Shown piece by piece: positions 24,084 through 34,010 of a stretch of 64,000 nt of DNA. A program made the translations under genes and the position numbers. Where the stretch lies: contig CBDCRW010000006.1 in assembly GCA_965221125.1 (NCBI GenBank), positions 672,001 to 736,000 of the forward strand, read 5' to 3'. Under the pieces are notes generated by a model that saw nothing but the letters and a program-made list of their open reading frames with translations, ran no database searches and was not told the origin of the DNA. Positions within the stretch are counted from its first letter, which is position 1. The number at the start of each line of letters is the position of its first letter. The DNA comes from Alphaproteobacteria bacterium. GTDB taxonomy: Bacteria > Pseudomonadota > Alphaproteobacteria > UBA828.

Positions 24084-25208
24084 CTAGACCCGCAGGCCGG
24101 CCTGGCGCATCAGCGGCAGCACCTTCTCGCCGAAGTATTTCAGCTCCTCGTGGTAGTCGAGCCACGAGAGGATGAAGCCCTCGATGCCGATGTCGGCAAT
24201 GGCGAGCATCTTGTCGACCACCTGCTCCGGCGTGCCCACCAGCGGGTAGCCGCCCCAGCCGGCGATGAAGCGCTCGCCCATGGCGCGAAGCTCCTCCTTG
24301 TTCGCGCCGTACGAATAGTTCTCGCCCAGCATCAGCTCGATGATGGTGTTGGTGGCGCCCCAGTCGCCCTCGTCCACGATGCGGCGATAGAGCGCCTGCG
24401 CCTCCTCCTCGGTATCGCGGCAGCACACCAGGCCGTAGCTCATGACGCCGCAGCGGCGCCCGTGCGCCGCGGCCCGCGCGCGGATGTCCGTCACGATCTC
24501 TGCCGCGTTCTCCATCGTCGTGATGGAGAGGAAGTTGAAGTCGGCGAGCTTGGCGGAGAACTCGCGCCCGGCGGGGGACGAGCCCGCGTTGATGACGACC
24601 GGGTGCGGCTGCTGGAGCGGCTTCGGCGCCAGGAATCCCTGGTTGACCCTGTAGTACGCGCCCTCGTGGTCGAAGTCGTCCTCGGACCAGAGGCGCTTGA
24701 CGATGGAGAGCCATTCGTCCGCCATGACGTAGCGCTCGTCATGCGCGAGCTGCTCCATGCCGAACATCTCGATCTCCGGCTTGAACCAGCCGCAGACGAC
24801 GTTCAGCCCGAAGCGCCCGCTGGAGATGTTGTCGATGGTGGCCGCCTGCTTGGCGGCGAAGATGGGATGCACCGTCGGCACGTGGGAGGTGGCGAAGACC
24901 ATGATGTCCTGCGTGTGGCAGGCCATCGCGGCGGCCCAGGTGTAGACCTCCAGGTTGTTCCCGTTGAACTGGGTCGTACCGCCGAAGTGGCGCCAGCGGC
25001 CCACCGGCACCAGCAGCTCGAAGCCGAGCCTGTCCGCGAGCTGGCTGATCTTCACGCTGTGCTCGTAGGTGGGCTCGAACGTGGTCTCGGCGTGCGTGAT
25101 CGTGCAGCCGTTGGAGCAGTTCTGCCCGAACACGCCGAGCTTGAAGCGGTTCTCGTTGAAGACCGGCACGTTGCGTGCGCGCCAGTCGGCCGCGTCGTCA
25201 GGATGCAT
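24084..25208 (-). CDS. LLM-class flavin-dependent monooxygenase (luciferase-like)
   Basis: FKLGVFG, PVGRWRHFGG, GRFGLNVVCGW, NAGSS and LVGTPEQV motifs. Confidence 0.9.
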   Translation of the reverse strand: MHPDDAADWRARNVPVFNENRFKLGVFGQNCSNGCTITHAETTFEPTYEHSVKISQLADRLGFELLVPVGRWRHFGGTTQFNGNNLEVYTWAAAMACHTQDIMVFATSHVPTVHPIFAAKQAATIDNISSGRFGLNVVCGWFKPEIEMFGMEQLAHDERYVMADEWLSIVKRLWSEDDFDHEGAYYRVNQGFLAPKPLQQPHPVVINAGSSPAGREFSAKLADFNFLSITTMENAAEIVTDIRARAAAHGRRCGVMSYGLVCCRDTEEEAQALYRRIVDEGDWGATNTIIELMLGENYSYGANKEELRAMGERFIAGWGGYPLVGTPEQVVDKMLAIADIGIEGFILSWLDYHEELKYFGEKVLPLMRQAGLRV

Positions 25209-25366
25209 GGTGGTCCCTCGGGTGAATTGCGCCGCGTACCTGTAGCCGGGCCGGAGGGTGTGTCAACGGCGCGCAACTGCGTGCGGCCGGAAAGGGCCGC
25301 GCAGACCATGACATCGGTGAGAATTCCAGGCTAGTCTCCGCGCCAACCAAGCCAGAGGAGGTCGCG

Positions 25367-26269
25367 ATGGCCAAGAAGGAAATCTTCGTCGGAATCGGCG
25401 TGGACGTCGATTCGGTGGCGGGGCAGATCGGCTCCTACGCCGGCGGCGATTCGCCGAGCGACATTTCGCGGGGCGTGTTCGCCTCCGAGGTCGGAACCCC
25501 TCGCATGCTCCAGCTCTTCGACCGGATGGGCATTCAGACCAGCTGGTTCATCCCCGGCCACTCGATCGAGACCTTCCCCAAGGAGATGAAGGCGGTCGCG
25601 GCGGCCGGGCACGAGATCGGAATGCACGGATACACGCACGAGAACCCGATCGCGATGACGCCCGAGCAGGAGGCGGACGTCCTCGACAAGAGCCTGGAGC
25701 TGGTGACCAAGCTCTACGGCAAGGCGCCCACGGGCTACGTGGCGCCCTGGTGGGAGATGAGCGCGTACACGCCGCACTTGCTGATGGAGCGCGGCATCAA
25801 GTACGACCACAGCCAGATGCACCACGACTTCGAGCCCTATTGGATGCGGATCAACGAGGAGTGGACGTTGATCGACTACTCCAAGCCGGCGAAGTCGTGG
25901 ATGAAGCCGATGAAGAAGGGCACCACCTTCCCCATCGTGCAGATTCCGGGCAGCTGGTACCTCGACGACCTGCCGCCGATGATGTTCATGAAGAAGGTGC
26001 CGAACTCCGGCGGCTGGACCAACCCGCGCGACATCGAGGACTGGTGGCGCGATCAGTTCGACTGGGTCTATCGCGAGATGGACTACGCGGTCTACACGCT
26101 CACCATCCACCCCGACATCTCGGGCCGGCCGCAGACGCTGCTGATGCTGGAGCGGATCATCGGCCACATCAGCGCCCACGAAGGGGTGATCTGGGCGACC
26201 TTCGACGAGATCGCCGACGACTTCATCAAGCGCCGGCCCTTCAAGGGCAAGCGGCAACGGAAGAGGTAA
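25367..26269 (+). CDS. Polysaccharide deacetylase family (H. pylori PgdA/PuuE-like CE4 hydrolase)
   Basis: [33 protein letters not shown] and TIHPD motifs. Confidence 0.88.
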   Translation: MAKKEIFVGIGVDVDSVAGQIGSYAGGDSPSDISRGVFASEVGTPRMLQLFDRMGIQTSWFIPGHSIETFPKEMKAVAAAGHEIGMHGYTHENPIAMTPEQEADVLDKSLELVTKLYGKAPTGYVAPWWEMSAYTPHLLMERGIKYDHSQMHHDFEPYWMRINEEWTLIDYSKPAKSWMKPMKKGTTFPIVQIPGSWYLDDLPPMMFMKKVPNSGGWTNPRDIEDWWRDQFDWVYREMDYAVYTLTIHPDISGRPQTLLMLERIIGHISAHEGVIWATFDEIADDFIKRRPFKGKRQRKR

Positions 26270-26284
26270 CGGCGCAGGCCTCCG

Positions 26285-26647
26285 ATGTGCGCGCTCTGCG
26301 GCGTGTTCACCGACGGCCCGCATTGGACCGAGGCAGGCACCGATGCGGGCCGGCGCGCGGCAGCGCCCACCGGCCGGGAACGCCAGCTGGACCGCACGCG
26401 CCGGCTCGCGCTGCTCAACCGCGTGCTCTCGGCCTACGGCTGCGCGGCGGACGACTGGGCGGGCGCGCACTACATGGTGCATCGGGCGAGCGGCGGCGCC
26501 ACCGAGATGGCGACCGACCTGCCGGGGCTCTGGCTCGCGGTCGAGGGGCTGACCGGCCGCGCGCCCGACCCTTTGGACCCCGCCCTGGTCGCGCAGCTTG
26601 AGGACGCGCCGCCCGGTGGGCCGAAGCGCCCCCGACAGCGGGCGTAA
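26285..26647 (+). CDS. Small hypothetical protein with N-terminal CxxC...HW (putative metal-binding)
   Basis: Begins MCALCG...HW; tightly spaced between the deacetylase and COG0523 genes. Confidence 0.7.
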   Translation: MCALCGVFTDGPHWTEAGTDAGRRAAAPTGRERQLDRTRRLALLNRVLSAYGCAADDWAGAHYMVHRASGGATEMATDLPGLWLAVEGLTGRAPDPLDPALVAQLEDAPPGGPKRPRQRA

Positions 26648-26652
26648 GGCCG

Positions 26653-27708
26653 ATGGCGACCTACACGCGGCTCACGCCGGTCATCGTCGTCACCGGGTTC
26701 CTCGGCAGCGGCAAGACGACGCTGCTCAACCACATGCTGCGCCATTCCTCGCTTGCTGACGCCGCGGTGCTGGTCAACGAGTTCGGCGCCGTCGGCCTCG
26801 ACCACTTCCTGGTGGAGGCGATGGACGAGAACACGGTGCTGCTGGAGAGCGGCTGCCTCTGCTGCACCATCCGGGGCGATCTCAAGGACTCGATCCTGGC
26901 ACTCAACAGCCGGCGCGCGCGGGGCGAGATCCCGCCCTACCGCCGGCTGATCGTCGAGACCACGGGCCTCGCCGACCCCGCCCCGATCCTCTACACGCTG
27001 AGCGCTGATACGGTGCTGAAGCACCACTACCGCCTGGGCTCGGTGATCACGACGGTGGACGGCGTGAACGGGCTCAGGCAGCTCAAGCGGCATCCCGAAT
27101 CGGTCAAGCAGGCGACGGTCGCGGACCGGATCGTGCTGACCAAGCCCGATATCGCCGACGCCGACACCCTCGCCCGGCTTCGCGCCAAGCTGACCCGGCT
27201 CAACCGGACGGCCGAGCTGATCACCGCCGTGAACGGCGCGGTGGACGTGCCCCGCCTGCTCCGCGCCGACATCTACGACGTGCGCACCAAGGGCGCCGAG
27301 GTGCGCCGCTGGCTCGCGGCCGAGGCCGAGAAGGACGCGGCGGAGGATGGCGCTCACGCTCACGGGCACGACGTCTCCCGCCACGACGCGCATATCCACT
27401 CCTTCACGCTGAGCTTCGAGGGCGCGCTCGACTGGACCGCCTTCGGCATCTGGCTGACCATGCTGCTGCACACCCACGGCGAGAACGTGCTGCGGGTGAA
27501 GGGCATCCTCAACGTCGCCGGCGCGCCCGCCCCGGTGGTGGTCAACGGCGTGCAGCACGTGGTCCACCCGCCCATCCATCTCGCCGCCTGGCCGGGCGAG
27601 GACCGCCGCTCGCACATCGTCTTCATCGTCGACGGCCTCGCGCAGGCGGACATCGAGCGCTCGCTCGCCGCCTTCAACGGCATCGCGGCCCCGGCCCAGG
27701 CCGCCTGA
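26653..27708 (+). CDS. CobW/COG0523 metallochaperone GTPase
   Basis: GFLGSGKT, NEFG, GCLCC, ETTGLADP, a His-rich linker and RVKG. Confidence 0.93.
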   Translation: MATYTRLTPVIVVTGFLGSGKTTLLNHMLRHSSLADAAVLVNEFGAVGLDHFLVEAMDENTVLLESGCLCCTIRGDLKDSILALNSRRARGEIPPYRRLIVETTGLADPAPILYTLSADTVLKHHYRLGSVITTVDGVNGLRQLKRHPESVKQATVADRIVLTKPDIADADTLARLRAKLTRLNRTAELITAVNGAVDVPRLLRADIYDVRTKGAEVRRWLAAEAEKDAAEDGAHAHGHDVSRHDAHIHSFTLSFEGALDWTAFGIWLTMLLHTHGENVLRVKGILNVAGAPAPVVVNGVQHVVHPPIHLAAWPGEDRRSHIVFIVDGLAQADIERSLAAFNGIAAPAQAA

Positions 27709-27718
27709 GGAGTTCAAC

Positions 27719-28663
27719 ATGACCGACAAGATTGCCATCGTCGGCACCGGCCTGGTCGGCAGCGCCTGGGCGATCGTCTTCGCCCGCGCGGGCCATCAAG
27801 TCGCGCTCTACGACGGGACGGAGGGCCAGTGCGAGGCCGCGCTCGCGCGCATCGAGACCAACCTCGAAGCGCTGGAGGGCCACGGGCTGATCGACGATCC
27901 CGCCGCGGCGCGGGCGCGCATCTCCATCGCCGCAGGCCTGGCGCACGCGCTGGACGGCGCGACCCACGCGCAGGAGAGCGTGTTCGAGCGCGCCGACGTG
28001 AAGCGCGCGGTCTACGAGCAGATCGACGGGATCGCCGGGCCGGAGCTGGTCGTGGCGTCGTCCTCCTCGGGCATTCCCGCCTCCACCTTCACGGAGGGCT
28101 TGGCCATCGGCCCGCGCTGCCTGATCGCCCATCCCATCAACCCGCCCTACGTGATCCCGCTGGTCGAGATCGTGCCCGCGCCCTGGACCGAGGAAGAGAC
28201 GGTGACGCGCTGCTGGGCGCTGATGGAGGCGGCGGGCATGGAGCCGGTGAGGCTCACGCGGGAGATCGACGGCTTCATCGCCAACCGGCTGCAGGCGGCG
28301 CTCTTATGGGAGGCCTTCCGTCTGCTGGAAGGCGGCTATGCCACGGCGAAGGACATCGACACGACGATCTCGGCGGGCCTCGGCCGGCGCTGGTCCTTCA
28401 TCGGCCCGTTCGAGACCATCGACCTGAATGCGCCGGGCGGCTTGGCCGACTTCTGCGCGCGCCTCGGCGACGGCTTCTACGAGTTCATCAAGCAGAGCGA
28501 GCCGGCGCAGCCCTGGTCGGACGAGGTGGTCGCCAAGGCCCACGAGGAGCAGCGCGGCCGCCTGCCCATGTCAGAGCACGGCGAACGACAGGCGTGGCGC
28601 GACCGGCGCCTCATGGGCCTCGCGGCGCACCTGCGGGACGCGGGGCGAGATATCGGGGATTGA
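27719..28663 (+). CDS. 3-hydroxyacyl-CoA dehydrogenase family (lambda-crystallin/L-gulonate 3-dehydrogenase-like)
   Basis: GTGLVG, QESVFE, HPINPP, GFIANRLQ and GPFETIDLNAPGG motifs. Confidence 0.88.
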   Translation: MTDKIAIVGTGLVGSAWAIVFARAGHQVALYDGTEGQCEAALARIETNLEALEGHGLIDDPAAARARISIAAGLAHALDGATHAQESVFERADVKRAVYEQIDGIAGPELVVASSSSGIPASTFTEGLAIGPRCLIAHPINPPYVIPLVEIVPAPWTEEETVTRCWALMEAAGMEPVRLTREIDGFIANRLQAALLWEAFRLLEGGYATAKDIDTTISAGLGRRWSFIGPFETIDLNAPGGLADFCARLGDGFYEFIKQSEPAQPWSDEVVAKAHEEQRGRLPMSEHGERQAWRDRRLMGLAAHLRDAGRDIGD

Positions 28664-28687
28664 GCGGGTGGCTCCGCCCGCCGGCCC

Positions 28688-29533
28688 TCAGTAGCGATAC
28701 CCGGTCAGCGCCTCGCTCAACTCCCACAGGCGTCGCGCGGTCTCCTCGTCGCGCGAGACGAGCGAGCTGGTGGCCTCGCGGCTCTTGTCGAAGTAGCGGC
28801 CAGAGACGCCTTCGACATCGGCGCTGGTCGCGACGTGAACGCTGGTGCGCGCGCCGGCCTCCACGTCGATGGCGGAGAAGCGCATGATGGTCTTCAGTAT
28901 CGTCACGAATAGCCAGCCGTTGTTCTGCCCGAATTTGCTGGCAACGAAGCCGGGGTGCAGGCAATTGGCGGAGACCGGCGTCCCCTCAAGCAGCGCCGCG
29001 AGGCGATAGGTGAAGAGGACGTTGGCGAGCTTGCTCTGCGCGTAGGCCGTCCAGCCCCTATAGCGCCGCGTGCCCTGCGGGTCTTCGAGGTCCATCCGCC
29101 CGCTGCGGTGGGCCTCGGAGGCGACGTTGACGATGCGGCCCGCGGCGCTCGCCTTCAGGCTCTCCAGCAGGAGCCCCGTCAGCAGAAAGTAGCCGAGATG
29201 GTTGAGGGCGAAGGTCATCTCGATCCCGTCCGCGCTCTCGCGCCGGCCGGTGAACATGGCGCCGACGTTGTTGACCAGAACGTCGATCGCCGCGCGGCCG
29301 CCGGTGAGGCGCTCGGCCAGCGCCCTGATCTCGTCCTGGCTGGAGAGGTCCGCCTGCTCGAAGCGCACGCGGTCGTTGCGCGACGAGCGCTGGATCGCCT
29401 TGCAGACCTCCGCGCCCTTGGCCGCGTTGCGCCCGACGAGGACGACCTCGGCGCCCCGCTCGGCCAGCGCCCGCGCCGTGACGCGGCCGATGCCGTCCGT
29501 GGCGCCGGTGACGACACAGAGCTTGCCTTCCAT
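28688..29533 (-). CDS. Short-chain dehydrogenase/reductase (retinol dehydrogenase-like)
   Basis: TGATDGIG, NNVG, YAQSK and HPG motifs. Confidence 0.92.
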   Translation of the reverse strand: MEGKLCVVTGATDGIGRVTARALAERGAEVVLVGRNAAKGAEVCKAIQRSSRNDRVRFEQADLSSQDEIRALAERLTGGRAAIDVLVNNVGAMFTGRRESADGIEMTFALNHLGYFLLTGLLLESLKASAAGRIVNVASEAHRSGRMDLEDPQGTRRYRGWTAYAQSKLANVLFTYRLAALLEGTPVSANCLHPGFVASKFGQNNGWLFVTILKTIMRFSAIDVEAGARTSVHVATSADVEGVSGRYFDKSREATSSLVSRDEETARRLWELSEALTGYRY

Positions 29534-29595
29534 GGCTCGCCTCCCCCTCCACCGTCCCTGCCGTTCTCTGCAGCTTGGCAGCCGGTGGCGGCGGG

Positions 29596-30333
29596 TCAAG
29601 CGTCCCGCGCAGCCGAGGCGTCCGGAGACGGCGACGGCACTCGATATGCGAGCGCGGCCGCGAACCGGGCTTCGCCCAGGTCCAGGAGCCGCCACTCGTC
29701 CGACGGCGCATGGGGGAAGCGGAACGAACCCGACCGCGCGCCTTCCAGCATCGACGGAGGAATCTCGAACCGGGACGGGTTCAGCGAGAAGCCGGCGCCG
29801 GTAGCCTTGATCAGCGCCTCCTTCATGCTCCAGAGCCGATAGAAGAGTTCGACCTTGTCGCAGCCCGCAGCGAGTGCCAGCGAGCGCCGTTCCGCAGGTC
29901 CATAGACCAGGCTGCCGATACCCTCGAGATCGCGCGTGGATTCGCGCTCCTCCACGTCGACGCCGAGCCGCTCGTCCGCCGCGAAGGCCATCAGGCCGTG
30001 CGTGCCGCTGTGGCTGACGTTGAAGCCGACGGCCGCGCGCTGCCCGTCCACCAAGGCGAAGGGCTTGCCGTGCTCCAGATAGCCGAAGGCGAGCCGGCGA
30101 TTGGCGCAGCCCAGCCGCTCCGAGAGTGTGACGCGTAGCGCGGCCCGGCAAAGCACGAACTGCCGCCGGGCTCGCACCGAGAGAAACCGGCCCGAGCGCG
30201 CTCGTTCCTCGCCGTCCAGTAGCAGGAACGCGCGCGCCTCGCGCTCCTCATCCGGCGCGAGGTCCACGTGGAGGATGCTGACGGCGTCGATTTGCCGCCA
30301 CGGCCGCCACCACCGAGCTCCTGTCATCGCCAT
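29596..30333 (-). CDS. Sfp-type 4'-phosphopantetheinyl transferase
   Basis: HGKP, FNVSHS, GVDVE and WSMKEALIKA motifs. Confidence 0.92.
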   Translation of the reverse strand: MAMTGARWWRPWRQIDAVSILHVDLAPDEEREARAFLLLDGEERARSGRFLSVRARRQFVLCRAALRVTLSERLGCANRRLAFGYLEHGKPFALVDGQRAAVGFNVSHSGTHGLMAFAADERLGVDVEERESTRDLEGIGSLVYGPAERRSLALAAGCDKVELFYRLWSMKEALIKATGAGFSLNPSRFEIPPSMLEGARSGSFRFPHAPSDEWRLLDLGEARFAAALAYRVPSPSPDASAARDA

Positions 30334-30894
30334 TGCCCAGCACGCATTCCTCGCCGCGGTCGCCGCTGCGACCAGGGCCGGGCGCCCCGCATCGTTCGTA
30401 TGCTTTAATAGTTGTGTATCAACTTCGGTAAGAGTCGGGAACGCCCATAACGAACGCTGCGATCGGATCTTGTGGTGAGCTTGGATATCGAGCGGATCAC
30501 ATCGGCATGCGAAGTCATCGCGGAACAGCCCGTTGCCCGTAGTGCACGCGCGAACAAATTATTGCACCGCAACGATAGCCCTCGAGCTTGGTCCCGGCGC
30601 CGATTCGGCGAGATTTGACATGCGCTCCGAAACGCTCGCCGACAATGCCCTGGCGATCGAGCGATCGTGTTTTCCACAAACTGACGGACGAAATTGTGAA
30701 CACGTTGCCGAACGACGCTGCTCGATGGGCCGTGCTAACTGTCAGGAACTTCGATGCGGACACGAAATTCGAATAAAATCCTTCGATCTCATTACCGATA
30801 TTGCGCATGCATCAATTGATATGCCACAAAATCTGTCTCACCAGAGCCGTAAGGGAATATTTACAATTGGATCACAAAAGTATACCACACTGGC

Positions 30895-31815
30895 ATGAGC
30901 AACCGTGGGCCATATCGCATTCCGCCGACGAGCGTCCTGGTGGCCTTCGAGAGTGCCGCTCGACACGGCAACTTTTCGCGCGCCGCTCGTGAGCTGCGCA
31001 CGTCGCAATCCGCCATCAGCCGGCACATTGCCAGCCTGGAGCGGCAACTTTCGACTCGGCTGTTCGACCGGTCGCGGACCGGCGTGAGCCTGACCGATGC
31101 CGGGAATCGCTATCGCGATGCCGTCGCCATCGGTCTCGGCGCCATTCACGCCGGCGCTGCAGAGGTCGCGGAGTTATCGACCGACGAACGGGTCGAGCTG
31201 GTGATCGCGTGTTCCGACGAAGCCTCGCATCTCTTCCTGATGCCGCGTTACGGCGCGCTCCAAAAGGCGCTCGGGGAACGAGTCCATGTACGCGTGCTCA
31301 CATATCAGCACGATATACAGTACTTGCCGCCGGTTCCGCGTGCCGATGTCATCCTCAGCTGGGACTCGATGGATGCTGCCGTCGGCGACCGCGTGGCTGT
31401 CATCGACGAAGAGGTGAGGCCCCTTTGCTCTCCAGGCTACGCCGCCTTGCATGCCAATGCGTTGAACGGGCCTTCGACGGGCTGGGGCGGGCTCACGTTT
31501 CTCCGTGTTTCGCGTCCCGACGAGGGCTGGGCGTCGTGGGAGGATTGGTTCGATGTCTTTGGACACCCGGACACTCCCCCCAGATATCTCGGGTACGACA
31601 ACTACACATACTCGCTGGAGGCTGCGGCTGCCGGGCACGGGATTACGATCGGCTGGCGATACTTCATAGAACGCTATCTTGAGTCCGGAGCGTTGGTCGC
31701 GCTCACCGACGGATTTCTGAAGACGGAGAATTGTTTGTACGCCGTGGTTACCGAAAAAGGAAGGCAACGAAACATCGCACGCAAGTGTCTCACCTTTTTC
31801 GAACAGTGCGCGTAA
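30895..31815 (+). CDS. LysR-family regulator (GcvA-like)
   Basis: FESAARHGNFSRAAREL..SQSAISRHI..LE...LFDR helix-turn-helix; lower GC than the flanking genes. Confidence 0.92.
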   Translation: MSNRGPYRIPPTSVLVAFESAARHGNFSRAARELRTSQSAISRHIASLERQLSTRLFDRSRTGVSLTDAGNRYRDAVAIGLGAIHAGAAEVAELSTDERVELVIACSDEASHLFLMPRYGALQKALGERVHVRVLTYQHDIQYLPPVPRADVILSWDSMDAAVGDRVAVIDEEVRPLCSPGYAALHANALNGPSTGWGGLTFLRVSRPDEGWASWEDWFDVFGHPDTPPRYLGYDNYTYSLEAAAAGHGITIGWRYFIERYLESGALVALTDGFLKTENCLYAVVTEKGRQRNIARKCLTFFEQCA

Positions 31816-32640
31816 CGACGCGATGACGATCATTTCGAGGTGGTTGAGATAACCAAATTTTGAATTTGTTTGAGATACTTTTGAACATGCCATTGAGGTT
31901 TTGAATCCTAAAGGTGCGGCACTGGGCCATTTCCAATTCCCAAAAGTGAAGATATCCAAGCCAAAATTACCGGGGCCAACATTTGGCTCATATCGGTATA
32001 CAGAATATCGAACGGTGTGTGTTGACACTTGCAAGCGGACCATAAGGACAACAGGTCGTATCTTTTGAAGCGATTGAGGAAATTCGCGCAACCCCTTTAC
32101 CGCCGTACGAATCCCAAGTGCGGTTGCAGGCGACATGGCGGCAGGCTCGGGCATCCTCATCGCCGCTCCAGCAAAGATGTGCCACTTCGTAACCGTGCTG
32201 GATTTGGGCTCGATTGCTCCGACCAATGCGGGGCAACTGCAGTCCAGTCGAATTCGGCCGGTCCAGAAATGAGCAGCAAGAGAGAACAAGCGACGACTCG
32301 CTCGCAGCGAACCTTATGAGAGCAGATTCTGGGTTGAACAAAAATGTGATTAGCACCCTCTTCGCAGGGCTGCTAAACTTTGTTGGCGGTGGTATGAAGC
32401 GCATCGTGCACTACGCCACGTCAAATCGATGACACCACAATAGCCCGGCACACGTCGGTAAAGTAGTGACGGGCGCTCCCGCCGAACGCGGTTGCAGGGA
32501 CTCCGAAACGACCGGTCGGCCTCCACATCACCGTGCACCCGACTCGGACGCCGGGCGCGGCGGATTGTCGTCAGGCTGCCGGAGGCGAGGAGGCAGGCTC
32601 CCGCCGGGTCAGCGCGGATGAGCGGCCCGAAGCGGTGCGC

Positions 32641-33066
32641 TCAGCTCGGCGAGGCGCCGTGGATGCGGCCCAGCAGCGGGCTCTGATGCCAGCAGACCTG
32701 CCGCCAGACCCCGTCGCCGTGGTACCAGGTCTGGGTAAAGCCCATGAAGCGCTGACGGAAGCCCGAGTCGCGCGGCTTGCCGCGAAAGGTCGAGAAGCCG
32801 CTGACATGGCCGGTGGTTCCCCACACTCTGACGTTGAGTTCCCGCGGGATCCACTTGAAATGCTCCCACAGCCCGTCGCCACCCGCGTGGAAGTCGATAT
32901 GATCCTTGAACTCCCCCAGCGTCATCCGCCAGGGATAGTCCTCGTCGAGGATTTCGGCGCCGTCGTCGAAGGCGCTCCAGAAGGCGTCGAGGTCGCCCTC
33001 GTTGAGCCCGCGCGCCCAAGCGTGAAAGGCAGCCTCCAATCCCTCCGGCGTGGCATCCTGCGTCAT
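32641..33066 (-). CDS. NTF2/SnoaL-like small protein
   Basis: 141 aa; W..GLNEGDLDA at the N-terminus and W..V.WHQS at the C-terminus; GGAGG RBS. Confidence 0.7.
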   Translation of the reverse strand: MTQDATPEGLEAAFHAWARGLNEGDLDAFWSAFDDGAEILDEDYPWRMTLGEFKDHIDFHAGGDGLWEHFKWIPRELNVRVWGTTGHVSGFSTFRGKPRDSGFRQRFMGFTQTWYHGDGVWRQVCWHQSPLLGRIHGASPS

Positions 33067-33201
33067 CGTTCCCCTCCTCCGGCCGTGTGGCGTCCGTGTC
33101 CGTTCACCGCATCATATCCCCTGGAGAAGCGCCATCGCACGGGCGATCATCACCCTTCCCGCCCTCTGCGGCGGTCCGCAGCCTGACGACGGCGTGTCCT
33201 C

Positions 33202-33810
33202 ATGACCAGGGAAAAACGGGTCGTCTTCACCGTCGGGCACTCCAACCATTCGCTGGAGACCTTCCTGGCGCTGCTGCTGCAACACGGCGTCACCGCGCTC
33301 GCCGACGTGCGCTCGGCCCCCTATAGCCGCTTCAATCCGCAGTTCAACCGCAAGGCCCTCGACGCGAGCCTGGAGGCGGTCGGCATCAGGTACGTGTTCA
33401 TGGGGCGTGCGCTCGGCGGACGACCGGACGATCCCTCCTGCTACGAGGACGGACGCGTTCGCTACGACCGCCTGGCCGGGACGCCCCTCTTTCGCGAGGG
33501 CCTCGAGCGGATCGTGGACGGCGCGGGACGCGAGCGCATCGCGCTGATGTGCGCGGAGAAGGAGCCGCTGGACTGCCACCGCACGATCCTGGTCGGCCGC
33601 AGCCTGGCGGAGCGTGGCGTTGCCGTGGCGCACATCCTCGCCGACGGCGCGCTCGAGCCGCACGACGAGACGATGGGCCGGCTGCTGGACTCGGCGGGAC
33701 TGCCCCGGCAGGACCTCCTGCAATCGCGCGAGCAACTGATCGAGGACGCCCTCGCCCACCGGGAGAGGCGGATCGCCCACGCCGGCAAGCCCGCCACGCC
33801 GCGTCGATGA
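33202..33810 (+). CDS. DUF488 family protein
   Basis: FTVGHSN, DVRSAPYS, LGGR and LMCAE....CHR motifs. Confidence 0.88.
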   Translation: MTREKRVVFTVGHSNHSLETFLALLLQHGVTALADVRSAPYSRFNPQFNRKALDASLEAVGIRYVFMGRALGGRPDDPSCYEDGRVRYDRLAGTPLFREGLERIVDGAGRERIALMCAEKEPLDCHRTILVGRSLAERGVAVAHILADGALEPHDETMGRLLDSAGLPRQDLLQSREQLIEDALAHRERRIAHAGKPATPRR

Positions 33811-33849
33811 CGGCGGGACGATGCTTTTCCGGCTCGGCGGCCGGGGCGC

Positions 33850-33878
33850 TTGCAGGGCGCAGTGCACACTCCTATTGT
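33850..33878 (+). promoter_or_regulatory. Sigma70 promoter of tRNA-Gly
   Basis: TTGCAG-17 bp-TATTGT, about 10 nt before the tRNA. Confidence 0.6.
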
Positions 33879-33888
33879 TTTCGTGTGA

Positions 33889-33962
33889 GCGGGTGTAGCT
33901 CAATGGCAGAGCAGAAGCTTCCCAAGCTTACGACGAGGGTTCGATTCCCTTCACCCGCTCCA
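33889..33962 (+). tRNA. tRNA-Gly (anticodon CCC)
   Basis: Acceptor stem GCGGGTG/CACCCGC, anticodon loop TTCCCAA, T-loop GTTCGATTC, encoded CCA. Confidence 0.97.
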
Positions 33963-34010
33963 TGCCGCGCCCGGCCTGCGTAGCCAGCCCGCCCAGCGGC
34001 TGAGGACGCG

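Noticed and set aside
32567-33190. 13-bp inverted repeat (GTCGTCAGGCTGC / GCAGCCTGACGAC) flanking the NTF2-like gene
   Set aside because: A match this short is expected by chance in 70% GC DNA, and there is no target duplication or transposase.
33889-33962. tRNA-Gly or tRNA-Val as island integration sites
   Set aside because: I saw no duplicated tRNA 3' end and no tyrosine integrase nearby.
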